From NCBI GenBank assembly GCA_016184225.1, contig JACPDA010000004.1, positions 70,800 through 134,799 of the forward strand: a stretch of DNA of 64,000 nt, in the 5' to 3' direction. Source of the stretch: Candidatus Daviesbacteria bacterium (GTDB lineage Bacteria; Patescibacteriota; Microgenomatia; Daviesbacterales; UBA10151). The notes beneath the pieces are model-generated. The model did not search any database. It saw nothing but the letters and a program-made list of their open reading frames with translations, and was not told the DNA's origin. Shown piece by piece: positions 55,441-64,000 of this stretch. Each line of letters opens with the position of its first letter. Position 1 is the first letter of the stretch. The position numbers and the translations under genes are program-made.

Positions 55441-57197
55441 AAATACCTAACCCATTTAAAAAACCAAATGTCCAAAGTGAACCGACCGTTCCTCAATTAA
55501 CCTTAGAGGATGTCCTGGCTCCGGCAGAAACAGAGGTGGATTTTAGTTACCTCAGGGTAGACAGCCGATATTTCCGAACTTATTTTGTATCAAACTACCC
55601 CAGGTTTGTAGAACCCAATTGGCTGGAGCCGCTGATATCTTTCGACCACTCTTTGCTGGTTTCCATGTTTATTTACCCTTCGCAGTCGCAGGGGGTACTG
55701 GACGAACTAAAACGTAAAGTTGCCGAGATGGAAGCCACCATACAAACTGATCTCGAGCGAGGCAGAGCTATCGACCCGGCTGTTGAAGTGGCCTTGGAAG
55801 ATGCCAAAAGCCTGCAGGATCAACTGGTCAGGGGGGTGGAGAGATTTTTCCAATTTTCGCTCTATATCTCGGTCCCTGCCGGATCTTTGGAAGAGCTACA
55901 AAACACCTCAAAACTGGTGGAGTCCACCCTGGCTTCTCTTTCTATAACTGCCAAGCAGGTTTCCTTGCAAATGGAGGATGGTTTTAAATCCAGCCTGCCG
56001 CAAGGAACGGATTACTTAAATTTAACCCACAACATGGATACCACTTCTTTAGCGACCACTTTTCCTTTTGCCTCATCGGAGCTGACCGAGAACGAAGGTA
56101 TTATGTACGGCATCAACGAACACAATGATTCGCTGATTCTATTTGACAGGTTTAGTTTAGAGAACTATAACTCGGTAATATTTGCCAAAGCCGGAGCCGG
56201 TAAAAGTTTTCTAGTCAAACTGGAAGCACTGCGATCCTTAATGTTCGGCACCGAAATCATCGTCATTGACCCGGAACAAGAATACTTGTCGCTGTCACAA
56301 GCTGTCGGCGGCGAATATATTAATTTTTCCGCCTCTTCTCCGGTCAAAATCAACCCTTTTGATATGTCGGCCGAAATAATTCCTGGCGAAAATGAGTTGG
56401 GACGCAAAATCCTTTCTTTAACCAGCTTTTTAAGAATTGTCCTGGGTGCCTTAAGTGCCCAAGAAGCCGCTATCTTAGACAGAGCCTTAAAACAAACATA
56501 CCAACTAAAAGGCATCACTGATGATCCAAAAACGCAGAATAAGGAAGCGCCTTTAATGGAAGATCTATATAAAGTACTGATCGGAATGGAAGAGGCTCCG
56601 GCCATGGAACTGGCGGCCAGACTGGAAAGATTCATCAAAGGTTCTCTTACCGGAATATTTTCCGCCCAATCAAACATTGATCTGTCTAATTCCTTTACAG
56701 TATTTTCCGTGCGCGACCTGCCGGATCAACTCCGGCCCTTGGCTATCCATATGATCCTGGATTATGTCTGGACCAAAATTAGGGGAAAACTCAAAAAAAG
56801 ACTGTTAATTGTAGATGAGGCTTGGTATTTAATGAGAAACCAGGATTCTGCCGACTTTTTGGTGGATATAGCCAAAAGAGCCAGAAAGTATTATTTGGGG
56901 CTCACCACTATCACCCAAGACGTGGAGGATTTCTTGGGAAGCGAGCGCGGCAAAGAAATTATTTCCAACTCCTCCATTCAGATCCTTTTGAAACAAGCTC
57001 CTGCTTCCATTGATCTTTTGGCAGAGGTGTTCAACTTATCAGAAGGGGAACAGCGGCTGTTGATGTCGGAAGGAATCGGCGAAGGGATATTTTTCGCCGG
57101 CAGCACTCATGTGGCAATGAGGGTGGTGGCCTCAGAAAATGAACATCGGCTGATCACTACCAATCCGGCAGAAATACTGGCAAGACAAAAAGAATAA
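55437..57197 (+). CDS. VirB4-like T4SS ATPase
   Basis: FAKAGAGKS Walker A, IDPEQEY, IVDEAW, KRARKY, TQDVEDF. Confidence 0.92.
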   Translation: MKIPNPFKKPNVQSEPTVPQLTLEDVLAPAETEVDFSYLRVDSRYFRTYFVSNYPRFVEPNWLEPLISFDHSLLVSMFIYPSQSQGVLDELKRKVAEMEATIQTDLERGRAIDPAVEVALEDAKSLQDQLVRGVERFFQFSLYISVPAGSLEELQNTSKLVESTLASLSITAKQVSLQMEDGFKSSLPQGTDYLNLTHNMDTTSLATTFPFASSELTENEGIMYGINEHNDSLILFDRFSLENYNSVIFAKAGAGKSFLVKLEALRSLMFGTEIIVIDPEQEYLSLSQAVGGEYINFSASSPVKINPFDMSAEIIPGENELGRKILSLTSFLRIVLGALSAQEAAILDRALKQTYQLKGITDDPKTQNKEAPLMEDLYKVLIGMEEAPAMELAARLERFIKGSLTGIFSAQSNIDLSNSFTVFSVRDLPDQLRPLAIHMILDYVWTKIRGKLKKRLLIVDEAWYLMRNQDSADFLVDIAKRARKYYLGLTTITQDVEDFLGSERGKEIISNSSIQILLKQAPASIDLLAEVFNLSEGEQRLLMSEGIGEGIFFAGSTHVAMRVVASENEHRLITTNPAEILARQKE

Positions 57198-57212
57198 TGA
57201 TAACCTAAACCT

Positions 57213-59060
57213 ATGGCCTTTTTAAGCCCCTTAGAACTTGAACGACTTAAGTTACTGCTTTCAGGAAAAACACTCCCAATGGAGGCACAAATTAGCACTT
57301 TGGATATGTTGCGCTCCAGATTTCCTGATTTCCTTACCGCTCTGCCTAATATAACAAAAGAAAATCTGCAGGATAATAAGTTTCTCATTAAATACTTAAC
57401 CAATCCATATAATAGAAACGGAATTAAAAACGCCCTTCGCAGTGAACTGTCTCTATCTCCAACTCAACAAATCGACCTGGAACAGACACTAAATGAAAAA
57501 TTTGTCGCAGCAGAAGAAGTTGGCGGACAGTCAACTAGCCAAGAAACACAACCAGCAGGAGCAGCCGGCAGTTCTGCCGGAAACATGCCTTTTGGTGGTA
57601 TGTCATCCGCTTCGCCTGTACCTTTCACCCCAAGGCGTATTTTTGTAACTCAACAAACCCCGCCGGCCAGCGGGATGGAAGGTGGTACTGACCAAAACAT
57701 GGCTGCCACAAATAAAGCAGGCCAGAGGTTTAACTTTTCAACTTTTAGATCCAAGGTGGGATCAAAAATAACTGGAGCTGCCAAAACCGGACTGGAGAGA
57801 GCTAACCCATTTCTAAAACGGATGGGCAATGGTGGGATCAAGGCTCTTTCTGGTATGGCTAATTTAGGCGGGGGACATGGGGGCGTTTTCTCCTCGCTTG
57901 GAAGATTCAGTCAAAGAGGAGGACGCGAGGGATCTATAATCAGCAAGGCTAAAGGCAGGGGGGGGTTGATATTTGCAGGAAGCATTATCGGTTTAATGCT
58001 TCTCACGGGGACATTAGCTATTATGGGCACCACCCCAACCGGAGAGGCAGCGCCTATAAGTAATACTGTTGGCCTGGATTACACTCTGCCTTTAAAAAAT
58101 ACATCTGTTCAGCCTGTGGATATTAAAGCTCAAGTTAAAACAACTTTCCCTGGGGCAAAATTGGAATATTGGGATAAAATCGTCCAAAGCAGTGTAACTG
58201 CCGGTTTCAACCCGGCCCTAGCTTTAGCTTTATGGATTGAAGAAACAGGCGCCTCGCAAACAACGCTTGCCAAAAACGACGGGAGCGAAATCCCTGTTAA
58301 TGGGGCTTTTACCAGAGGCCACCTGGGTTGCGCACCAACAGAAGATCAGACTATGGATGAAAGCTTAAGCTGTTTATTTAAATTTATGGCCGCAAATAAC
58401 TTTACCAATGACCAATTTGCGGATTTTATGGCCAAGTATTCCGGAGGGCCTGCTAATGCCCCCTTTTCTAATAACCCAGACTTCCCGAAAAACATTAAAG
58501 ACTGGTATACAAGACTGGTGCCTGCCGGAACCGGAGCCATAGTGGCAGTCACCCCCAGTTCGCCGCCCAAACAAGCCATCGCTTCTTGCCCTGTAGCCGA
58601 GGGGCACATTAGCACACCTTCTTATAACGCCAACCCAAGTACGGGTCATTGCGGGGGCAGTTACAGTTATGCCTGCAAATGCGGAACATCAGGCAGAAGA
58701 GCCAAGGCAATCGATGTCCCGACTAATGGCCAAAGCGTAATTCTACCCACTATAGAGAATCAACAGGTGACTTGGAGGTTAATTGTCGGTCCCTATGCTG
58801 TTGACAGCGGAGAGGGTGGAGGACTCGGATACACTTTCCAAGCTACCCTTGGAGGTAACTCCTGGTACCTGGACATGTTACACTTAAATCAGTCGCCCCT
58901 TGCGCTAGGAGGAGAATACCCTTCCGGTACTCCTGTAGCAAAAAGTGCGATTACGCACGTACACATGACAATAGGCAAAAACTTAAGCAGTGCACCCGTA
59001 GCGGGTTCACCTACTGATTGCGACCCCAACTGGTTACCGTCTGACTTTTTATGTCAATAA
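57213..59060 (+). CDS. membrane-anchored protein with putative cell-wall hydrolase domains
   Basis: TM then NPALALALWIEETG lysozyme-like segment and M23-like AIDV...LHL...HVH. Confidence 0.6.
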   Translation: MAFLSPLELERLKLLLSGKTLPMEAQISTLDMLRSRFPDFLTALPNITKENLQDNKFLIKYLTNPYNRNGIKNALRSELSLSPTQQIDLEQTLNEKFVAAEEVGGQSTSQETQPAGAAGSSAGNMPFGGMSSASPVPFTPRRIFVTQQTPPASGMEGGTDQNMAATNKAGQRFNFSTFRSKVGSKITGAAKTGLERANPFLKRMGNGGIKALSGMANLGGGHGGVFSSLGRFSQRGGREGSIISKAKGRGGLIFAGSIIGLMLLTGTLAIMGTTPTGEAAPISNTVGLDYTLPLKNTSVQPVDIKAQVKTTFPGAKLEYWDKIVQSSVTAGFNPALALALWIEETGASQTTLAKNDGSEIPVNGAFTRGHLGCAPTEDQTMDESLSCLFKFMAANNFTNDQFADFMAKYSGGPANAPFSNNPDFPKNIKDWYTRLVPAGTGAIVAVTPSSPPKQAIASCPVAEGHISTPSYNANPSTGHCGGSYSYACKCGTSGRRAKAIDVPTNGQSVILPTIENQQVTWRLIVGPYAVDSGEGGGLGYTFQATLGGNSWYLDMLHLNQSPLALGGEYPSGTPVAKSAITHVHMTIGKNLSSAPVAGSPTDCDPNWLPSDFLCQ

Positions 59061-59494
59061 AATTTATAAAAATTATAATATTTATAATAATTATAACCGT
59101 TATATTTTTTGTTTGGAAAAACCGGGCTATTAGTAACCCCTCTTCGCCCTCCCCAACCTCAACCCCTTCCCAATCAGACAAACCCCAGGTTGTTTCTACC
59201 AAACCCGACCCTTTGGAAGAAACAATCATAGGAGCATCTGACACGATCGAGATTACCTTTAACAGACCCCTGGAAAATGTGGGGGAATTTAAAAGTAGAA
59301 TTGAACCAAAAATAAATTATAAAATAGAGTTATCCGGAGACAGAAAAACAGCCAGGATCATACCGGAAAAACCATATCAGCTGGGTACTACTTATACATT
59401 ATTTATAGGGACTGAAACCAAATTTGATGGGGTAGGCAGATGGGGAGAAGAGAAGATATACCATTTTAGGACAATAAAATATACAGGGGTATAA
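59051..59494 (+). CDS. Ig-like (Big_5-type) domain membrane-anchored protein
   Basis: PQVVST.P...IEITFNRPL...GTTYTL.I...F.T. Confidence 0.75.
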   Translation: MSIKFIKIIIFIIIITVIFFVWKNRAISNPSSPSPTSTPSQSDKPQVVSTKPDPLEETIIGASDTIEITFNRPLENVGEFKSRIEPKINYKIELSGDRKTARIIPEKPYQLGTTYTLFIGTETKFDGVGRWGEEKIYHFRTIKYTGV

Positions 59495-59497
59495 AAC

Positions 59498-59580
59498 TGT
59501 CATTCTGAGCGAAGCGAAGAATCTCTTGACTTGTTCAAGAATCCGAACGAGATCCTTCGGCTAATCGCCTCAGGATGACA
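59498..59580. repeat. REP-like inverted pair between convergent genes
   Basis: TGTCATTCTGAGCGAAGCGAAGAATCTC...GAGATCCTTCGGCTAATCGCCTCAGGATGACA. Confidence 0.8.
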
Positions 59581-59609
59581 AAATGCGTTGGGAAATTTTA
59601 CGCATTTTG

Positions 59610-60710
59610 TCAACTTAATCTCACCGGCATCACAATATATTCTAAACCTACCACTCCAACCGGTTTAATCAAGACCGCAGATAATGCCCCGGAAAATTCC
59701 ATCATAATCTGGCTAGAGGGGGCGTTTGATATGGCATCCAATAAAAACTTGGTATTAAAAGCAATAGTTAACTCCTCTCCTTCCATCTCTCCTTCTACTT
59801 CATTTTCCTGGCTCCCCAGCTCTTTGGCATGAGATTCAAGTTTCAAAAGCCCTTTTTTGGTGGTTAAAACCACTACATTAGCTTCATTCTTGGCAAAAAT
59901 GGCCGCCAGCTTGACTCCTTTTAAAAATTCGTCTTTTACTACAACCGCTCTGGCCACAATCTTTTCCGGGATAATTTTCCCCCAAGCCGGGAATTGACCT
60001 TCAATCAGCCTCGATGAAACTATAGTGCTTCCCAAGTTAAAAACTACCTGGTTTTGGTTTTGACTGGTTGCAATACTCACCTCTTCAGCTTCTTCCTCAG
60101 ACATAATTCTGAGTAACTCTTCAAAAGTCCTTCTGGGAATTAAACTCTTAAATTGGTATTTGCCTTTCGGCAACTCAACCTGGCGATGGGCCAGCCTAAA
60201 ACCATCTGTGGCCACAAAATCTAACTTGCCACTGGAAGCTTCCGTGAGTATCCCTGTTAAGATAGGCCTGCCCTCGTCAATAGCTGAGGCGAATAAAATC
60301 TGGGATGAAGTTAAAAATGCTTCCTTAGGAAAACTGATTCCGGACTCATCTGAAAGAGGGATAGCCGGAAATTCCGCTGCTGCAATGCCATTAATACTGG
60401 CTTTCAGTTTCCCCGATTGAACCGTTAATAGCCCGCCCTCTGATATTAGACTCACCTTAGCTTGCCCTAAACTCGAGATTAAATCAACTAATGTTTTGGC
60501 AGGAACCGTAATTTCACCAGGGGTTTCTGCTTCCACCTTAAGATATTTGATTACCCCAATTTCTAAATTTGTAGCAGCAGCTTTTAATTTTTGATTCTCA
60601 ACTGATAATAAAATATTATCCAGAACCGGCAGGGTTGACCTTACCCCAACTGACCTGGCTACTGCCTGGAGTACCGGCAGTAAATCTTGTTGTAAACATG
60701 AAAATTTCAT
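59610..60710 (-). CDS. dnaN: DNA polymerase III beta clamp
   Basis: LPVLDNIL, ATNLE, RPILTG, ATDGFRLA, SRLIEGQFP, VMPVRL. Confidence 0.97.
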   Translation of the reverse strand: MKFSCLQQDLLPVLQAVARSVGVRSTLPVLDNILLSVENQKLKAAATNLEIGVIKYLKVEAETPGEITVPAKTLVDLISSLGQAKVSLISEGGLLTVQSGKLKASINGIAAAEFPAIPLSDESGISFPKEAFLTSSQILFASAIDEGRPILTGILTEASSGKLDFVATDGFRLAHRQVELPKGKYQFKSLIPRRTFEELLRIMSEEEAEEVSIATSQNQNQVVFNLGSTIVSSRLIEGQFPAWGKIIPEKIVARAVVVKDEFLKGVKLAAIFAKNEANVVVLTTKKGLLKLESHAKELGSQENEVEGEMEGEELTIAFNTKFLLDAISNAPSSQIMMEFSGALSAVLIKPVGVVGLEYIVMPVRLS

Positions 60711-60713
60711 AAA

Positions 60714-60785
60714 AGTCGTCAGCTTTCAGTCTTCAGCTATCAGACTAAAATTGTCTGACGACTGACGTCTGATGACTGATAGCTA
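60714..60785. repeat. inverted heptamer-repeat hairpin (TCAG family)
   Basis: GTCGTCAGCTTTCAGTCTTCAGCTATCAGAC paired with GTCTGACGACTGACGTCTGATGACTGATAGC. Confidence 0.8.
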
Positions 60786-61238
60786 TTCATCCCCTTTCCG
60801 AGCAGCTACAAACCGATGCACCTCATCTTCAGTTACTTTAATTAACCGAAAATTAACTCTACCGTTTACAATAAGGTTTTTAATGTGTTTTTCTTCATCT
60901 GTCAAGATATGAAAGTTACCAGACTTAACTTCGATGAAATCTATCCGCTCGTTATTTTTAATACCGATAAAGTCAATCGGCCAGCCTAAAGGAATAATCC
61001 GGTCATAATCATAGCGCAGTTCAGCATAAGTTAGCAGCTCTGCCATTTTACCTTTCTGGGGGTTAATTGATCCCTGAATAGTCTGCAGCACCCTAGCCGG
61101 TAAATCCTGTACGCCTTTGTAAAGATCGATCAGGTCTGTGGGGATATCAGCTTTACCTTTTCCGTGAAGTCGGCCTAAAAGGTACGCAATTAACAAAATT
61201 AATCCTACAACTGCAATTATCCACCAGTTTATTAACAT
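60783..61238 (-). CDS. membrane-anchored Holliday-junction-resolvase-like PD-(D/E)xK nuclease
   Basis: N-terminal TM; GKMAE, LGWPIDFIG, FIEVKSG, L..EE..I. Confidence 0.75.
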   Translation of the reverse strand: MLINWWIIAVVGLILLIAYLLGRLHGKGKADIPTDLIDLYKGVQDLPARVLQTIQGSINPQKGKMAELLTYAELRYDYDRIIPLGWPIDFIGIKNNERIDFIEVKSGNFHILTDEEKHIKNLIVNGRVNFRLIKVTEDEVHRFVAARKGDE

Positions 61239-61254
61239 TTTCGTAGATTATACA

Positions 61255-61410
61255 GTATTTATTTTAAATACAGTAGTAATAGTAATATAACCGGTGGATA
61301 TGTTGGTAAGTAAAAATTATGAGTTCGCTTTTTGGTAAATTTTCGTGTTGAGCGCTTGTTTAAAAATGGTGGATAAGTTGTGGATAACCCCTTTTATCTT
61401 GTGGATAATA
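61255..61410. other. replication origin (oriC) unwinding region
   Basis: DnaA boxes TGTGGATAA at 61379 and 61400, near-matches at 61293 and 61368; DnaA-trio-like CAGTAGTAATAGTAAT at 61271-61286; AT-rich tract; a further box TTATCCACA at 62772. Confidence 0.85.
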
Positions 61411-61411
61411 A

Positions 61412-62746
61412 TTAAGAAGCGATAAGCTTTTGTTTTATCTCAATTAACACTCTTTGCACTTCCCTGTCTTGATTAATCAACTTTTTAATTTTATCCCGGC
61501 CATGCATAACGGTAGTGTGGTCGCGCTTACCTAAAAGAAAGCCTATTTTTTCTACAGTTAAGTTTAAATCCTCACTAAGGATAAACATGGCGATATGTCT
61601 GGGCAGCACAAACTCTTTTTGTCTTTTGGCTCCGATTAGTTCTTTCTGGTTTAAGTTAAAATATTGGCAAATGGTTTCTAAGACTTTCCTGGGCTCAGCC
61701 TTGAAACCGTTTTTAGGAGCAGTTTTAGTTTGTAAATGCCGGCTGATGTTTTCCTGGGTGGGAGGCAAATTTTGGGCCTGCAGTAGTTGCAGGATTCCTA
61801 CCAATTGGCCTTCCAGCTCCCGAATGTTAGTATCAAATGAGGAGGCCAGCATTTTTAAAGTTTCCTCCGGCAAGTTGACCTGATGCTCTAAGCATTTTGA
61901 CCGCAAAATTGCCACCCTGGTGTCAAAATCAGGAGCTTGGATATCAATCATTAGTCCTCCGGCAAAGCGAGATTTGAGCCGATCTTCCAGTTTGGCGATT
62001 TCGTGCGGCGAACGGTCTGAAGTCAGAACGATCTGGCTATTTTTGCCGACCAGTTCATTAAAGGTATGAAAAAATTCCTCCTGAGTGCCTTCCCGACCGG
62101 AGAAAAATTGGATATCATCTATTAGTAAAAGATCAGGCGAGCGGTATTTGGCGCGTAAGTCACCCATTTTGTGGGTTTGGATAGCTGCCACATAATCATT
62201 CATGAATTTTTCTGAAGGGGAATAGATAACTTTGGCGTGTGGTTTTTTATCTAAGATCGCATTGCCGATGCCCAGCATGAGGTGAGTTTTGCCTACCCCG
62301 GTTCCGCCGTACAAAAATAAGGGATTATAAGAGGTACCCGGGTTTTGTACTATTGCCTGGGCTGCAGCATAAGCGACATTATTGGAGGGACCAACTACAT
62401 AGTTGGCCAGGGTGTATTTAGGGTTTAAGATAGAGGTGGTAGTGTGAGCTGGTTGGAAGAAGTCGTCTTGCTCAATTTCCTGCTTGGTTTCCAGCTCTTT
62501 GACGATAAATTCTACCTGCACCTTTTTCCCTAACAAACTTTCAAAAGTAGATTCAATTAAGGGTAAGTGTTTTTGGTTTAGAGTTTCTTTGGCAAAAGCA
62601 TGAGGGGTAGAGATAATGATTTTATTCCCGTCAATTGATTTGAGCAAAGTTTTGGCAAAAAAAGTTTTGAAATTAGCAGGGCCGATACTGGGTTTGATGG
62701 TTTCTAAAAATTTATGCCAAAGGCGTAGGTTGTCCATAGGTTTCAT
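61412..62746 (-). CDS. dnaA: chromosomal replication initiator DnaA
   Basis: YNPLFLYGGTGVGKTHL, LLIDDIQF, QEEFFHTFN, RDHTTVMHG; start 62746 or 62737. Confidence 0.97.
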   Translation of the reverse strand: MKPMDNLRLWHKFLETIKPSIGPANFKTFFAKTLLKSIDGNKIIISTPHAFAKETLNQKHLPLIESTFESLLGKKVQVEFIVKELETKQEIEQDDFFQPAHTTTSILNPKYTLANYVVGPSNNVAYAAAQAIVQNPGTSYNPLFLYGGTGVGKTHLMLGIGNAILDKKPHAKVIYSPSEKFMNDYVAAIQTHKMGDLRAKYRSPDLLLIDDIQFFSGREGTQEEFFHTFNELVGKNSQIVLTSDRSPHEIAKLEDRLKSRFAGGLMIDIQAPDFDTRVAILRSKCLEHQVNLPEETLKMLASSFDTNIRELEGQLVGILQLLQAQNLPPTQENISRHLQTKTAPKNGFKAEPRKVLETICQYFNLNQKELIGAKRQKEFVLPRHIAMFILSEDLNLTVEKIGFLLGKRDHTTVMHGRDKIKKLINQDREVQRVLIEIKQKLIAS

Positions 62747-62878
62747 TGAGCAGTAATGGAGTGTTGATAAGTTATCCACAACTTAGTCTACTGGGTTGTA
62801 ATTAACAATATAGAGAAACTATTAAAAACTAGATCAAAAATCGATTGTCATTGCGAGGAGCGTAGCGACGAAGCAATC

Positions 62879-63259
62879 TCATACTAAAAATATTTCTGAG
62901 CGAGGTATTTCCTCATAAATTGCAAATTCTGGGTTTGTATAATCTCCTCTTCTATAAAGAGAAACATGTTTTCTGGTTTCCATTTTAAACCATGGTTCTG
63001 AATTTCCTTCTTGGACATAACAAACAATTCCAGGTTTTAGTATAGGTATATCGAATTTCATCAAGGCATTCACTGGTTCGCCGCTTACGGTTTCAATCCA
63101 CCTAATTAATTCAAATGTCTCTCTGTGTCCCCAAAGTAGTGGATGTTCGGGGATAACGTAGATTGGTTGAAAATCGCCGTTTAGATGTTTGGGTTTAAGA
63201 GATCCAATTTTATTAATATGCTGCCACTCGCTAGATGTGGCGTACCTAAAGACTTCCAT
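62879..63259 (-). CDS. hypothetical protein, possible ADP-ribosyltransferase-like fold
   Basis: VFRYAT..EW..I...GSLKP and PE..I...IP pattern; probable start 63259. Confidence 0.45.
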   Translation of the reverse strand: MEVFRYATSSEWQHINKIGSLKPKHLNGDFQPIYVIPEHPLLWGHRETFELIRWIETVSGEPVNALMKFDIPILKPGIVCYVQEGNSEPWFKMETRKHVSLYRRGDYTNPEFAIYEEIPRSEIFLV

Positions 63260-63407
63260 TTGCAGAATTATAATAATTTTGCAGCTAAATAGCAAAACCG
63301 TAACGTTTATTTTATTAGTAGCAATGTAAACATACGCAATGACAAGAATGGGAGACTTGTGCCGACAGCATCTTGTGTAGGATGTTCAAATTTAGTAAAC
63401 TACACTT

Positions 63408-63545
63408 ATGCCAAAGCGCACTTATCAACCAAAGAAATTAAAAAGAGTCAGGAAACACGGCTTCAGGGCCAGGATAGCAACTTCTGGTGGACGTAGGGTT
63501 TTAAAAAGAAGAAGGGCGGAAGGTAGAGTTCGGCTCACAGTCTAA
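63408..63545 (+). CDS. rpmH: 50S ribosomal protein L34 (not in the ORF track)
   Basis: [45 protein letters not shown]. Confidence 0.96.
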   Translation: MPKRTYQPKKLKRVRKHGFRARIATSGGRRVLKRRRAEGRVRLTV

Positions 63546-63880
63546 TGCTCCCAAAGCCTTCCCGTTTAAACTTAAAAAAAGATTTCAAATGGGTGGCAGC
63601 CGGTAAAAAACTGGAGACTAAGTATTTAAAACTTTTTATTAAAGTTGGCGACAATCAGGAGCCCCGGTTGGGGATAGCAGGTTCTGGTAAAACCTTCCCA
63701 AAAGCCGTGGAAAGGAACCGGGCCAGAAGATTAGTGTCAGCGGCATTGGAAGCTTTATATTTAAATCTGCCGAAAAGTATTAATATAGTGGCTCTTCCCA
63801 AAGCCGGGGTGATTAAGGTAAAATCAGGAGATCTGCTTTTGGATTTAGAGGAAGGGTTGAAGAAAGCCGGGTTAGTATAA
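63545..63880 (+). CDS. rnpA: ribonuclease P protein component
   Basis: RL..KKDF, PRLGI, KAVERNRARR; follows rpmH. Confidence 0.93.
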   Translation: MLPKPSRLNLKKDFKWVAAGKKLETKYLKLFIKVGDNQEPRLGIAGSGKTFPKAVERNRARRLVSAALEALYLNLPKSINIVALPKAGVIKVKSGDLLLDLEEGLKKAGLV

Positions 63881-63888
63881 CAATTATT

Positions 63889-64000
63889 ATGGTTATAATA
63901 ATTATAAAAATTATTAATTTCTATCAAACCTTTTTATCATTTGATAAAGGAGTACTGGCCATATTTGCGCCGGGCGGCGCATGCAGGTATAATCCGTCCT
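63889..64000 (+). CDS. yidD: membrane protein insertion efficiency factor YidD (partial)
   Basis: IINFYQTFLS...ACRYNPS; position after rnpA. Confidence 0.85.
   Translation, partial: MVIIIIKIINFYQTFLSFDKGVLAIFAPGGACRYNPS

Noticed and set aside
1-64000. Alternative genetic code (UGA as Gly, as in Gracilibacteria/Absconditabacteria)
   Set aside because: Core genes are full length in the standard code and several, such as dnaN and trxB, end in TGA

Overview
Chromosomal window from a Patescibacteria (CPR) bacterium, most likely Microgenomates and possibly Daviesbacteria-like; the taxonomy is inferred from gene content. It ends at the replication origin (dnaN-[nuclease]-oriC-dnaA / rpmH-rnpA-yidD). 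Core genes include rpoD, dnaG, trxB, sodN/sodX, smpB, tmRNA, comF, seven complete tRNAs, one tRNA interrupted at the window edge, and the CPR-type T4SS-like genes (VirD4, six pilin-like genes, VirB6-, PrgI- and VirB4-like). The most interesting signals are: (1) an 11.26 kb serine-recombinase island at tRNA-Ser(UGA), whose att site swaps the integrase C-terminus and which carries a five-gene candidate defence operon (adenine MTase, ParB, PD-(D/E)xK nuclease, SNF2, ParB), a DUF3800 gene with a convergent structured RNA, and a terminase-small-subunit-like gene; (2) an ~8.2 kb stack of integrase-less toxin/defence cassettes downstream of tRNA-Asn, separated by copies of the tRNA 3' end and fossil recombinase tails; (3) a group I intron in that tRNA-Asn anticodon, next to a duplicated tRNA 5' half and a free-standing LAGLIDADG-like gene; (4) three four-helix-bundle genes, each bracketed by its own 7-8 nt tandem-repeat family, with related repeats occurring as gene-less hairpins and in-frame inserts; (5) a cobalamin riboswitch in front of an unknown Cys-rich protein. 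All family assignments come from reading motifs by eye; no database searches were run.
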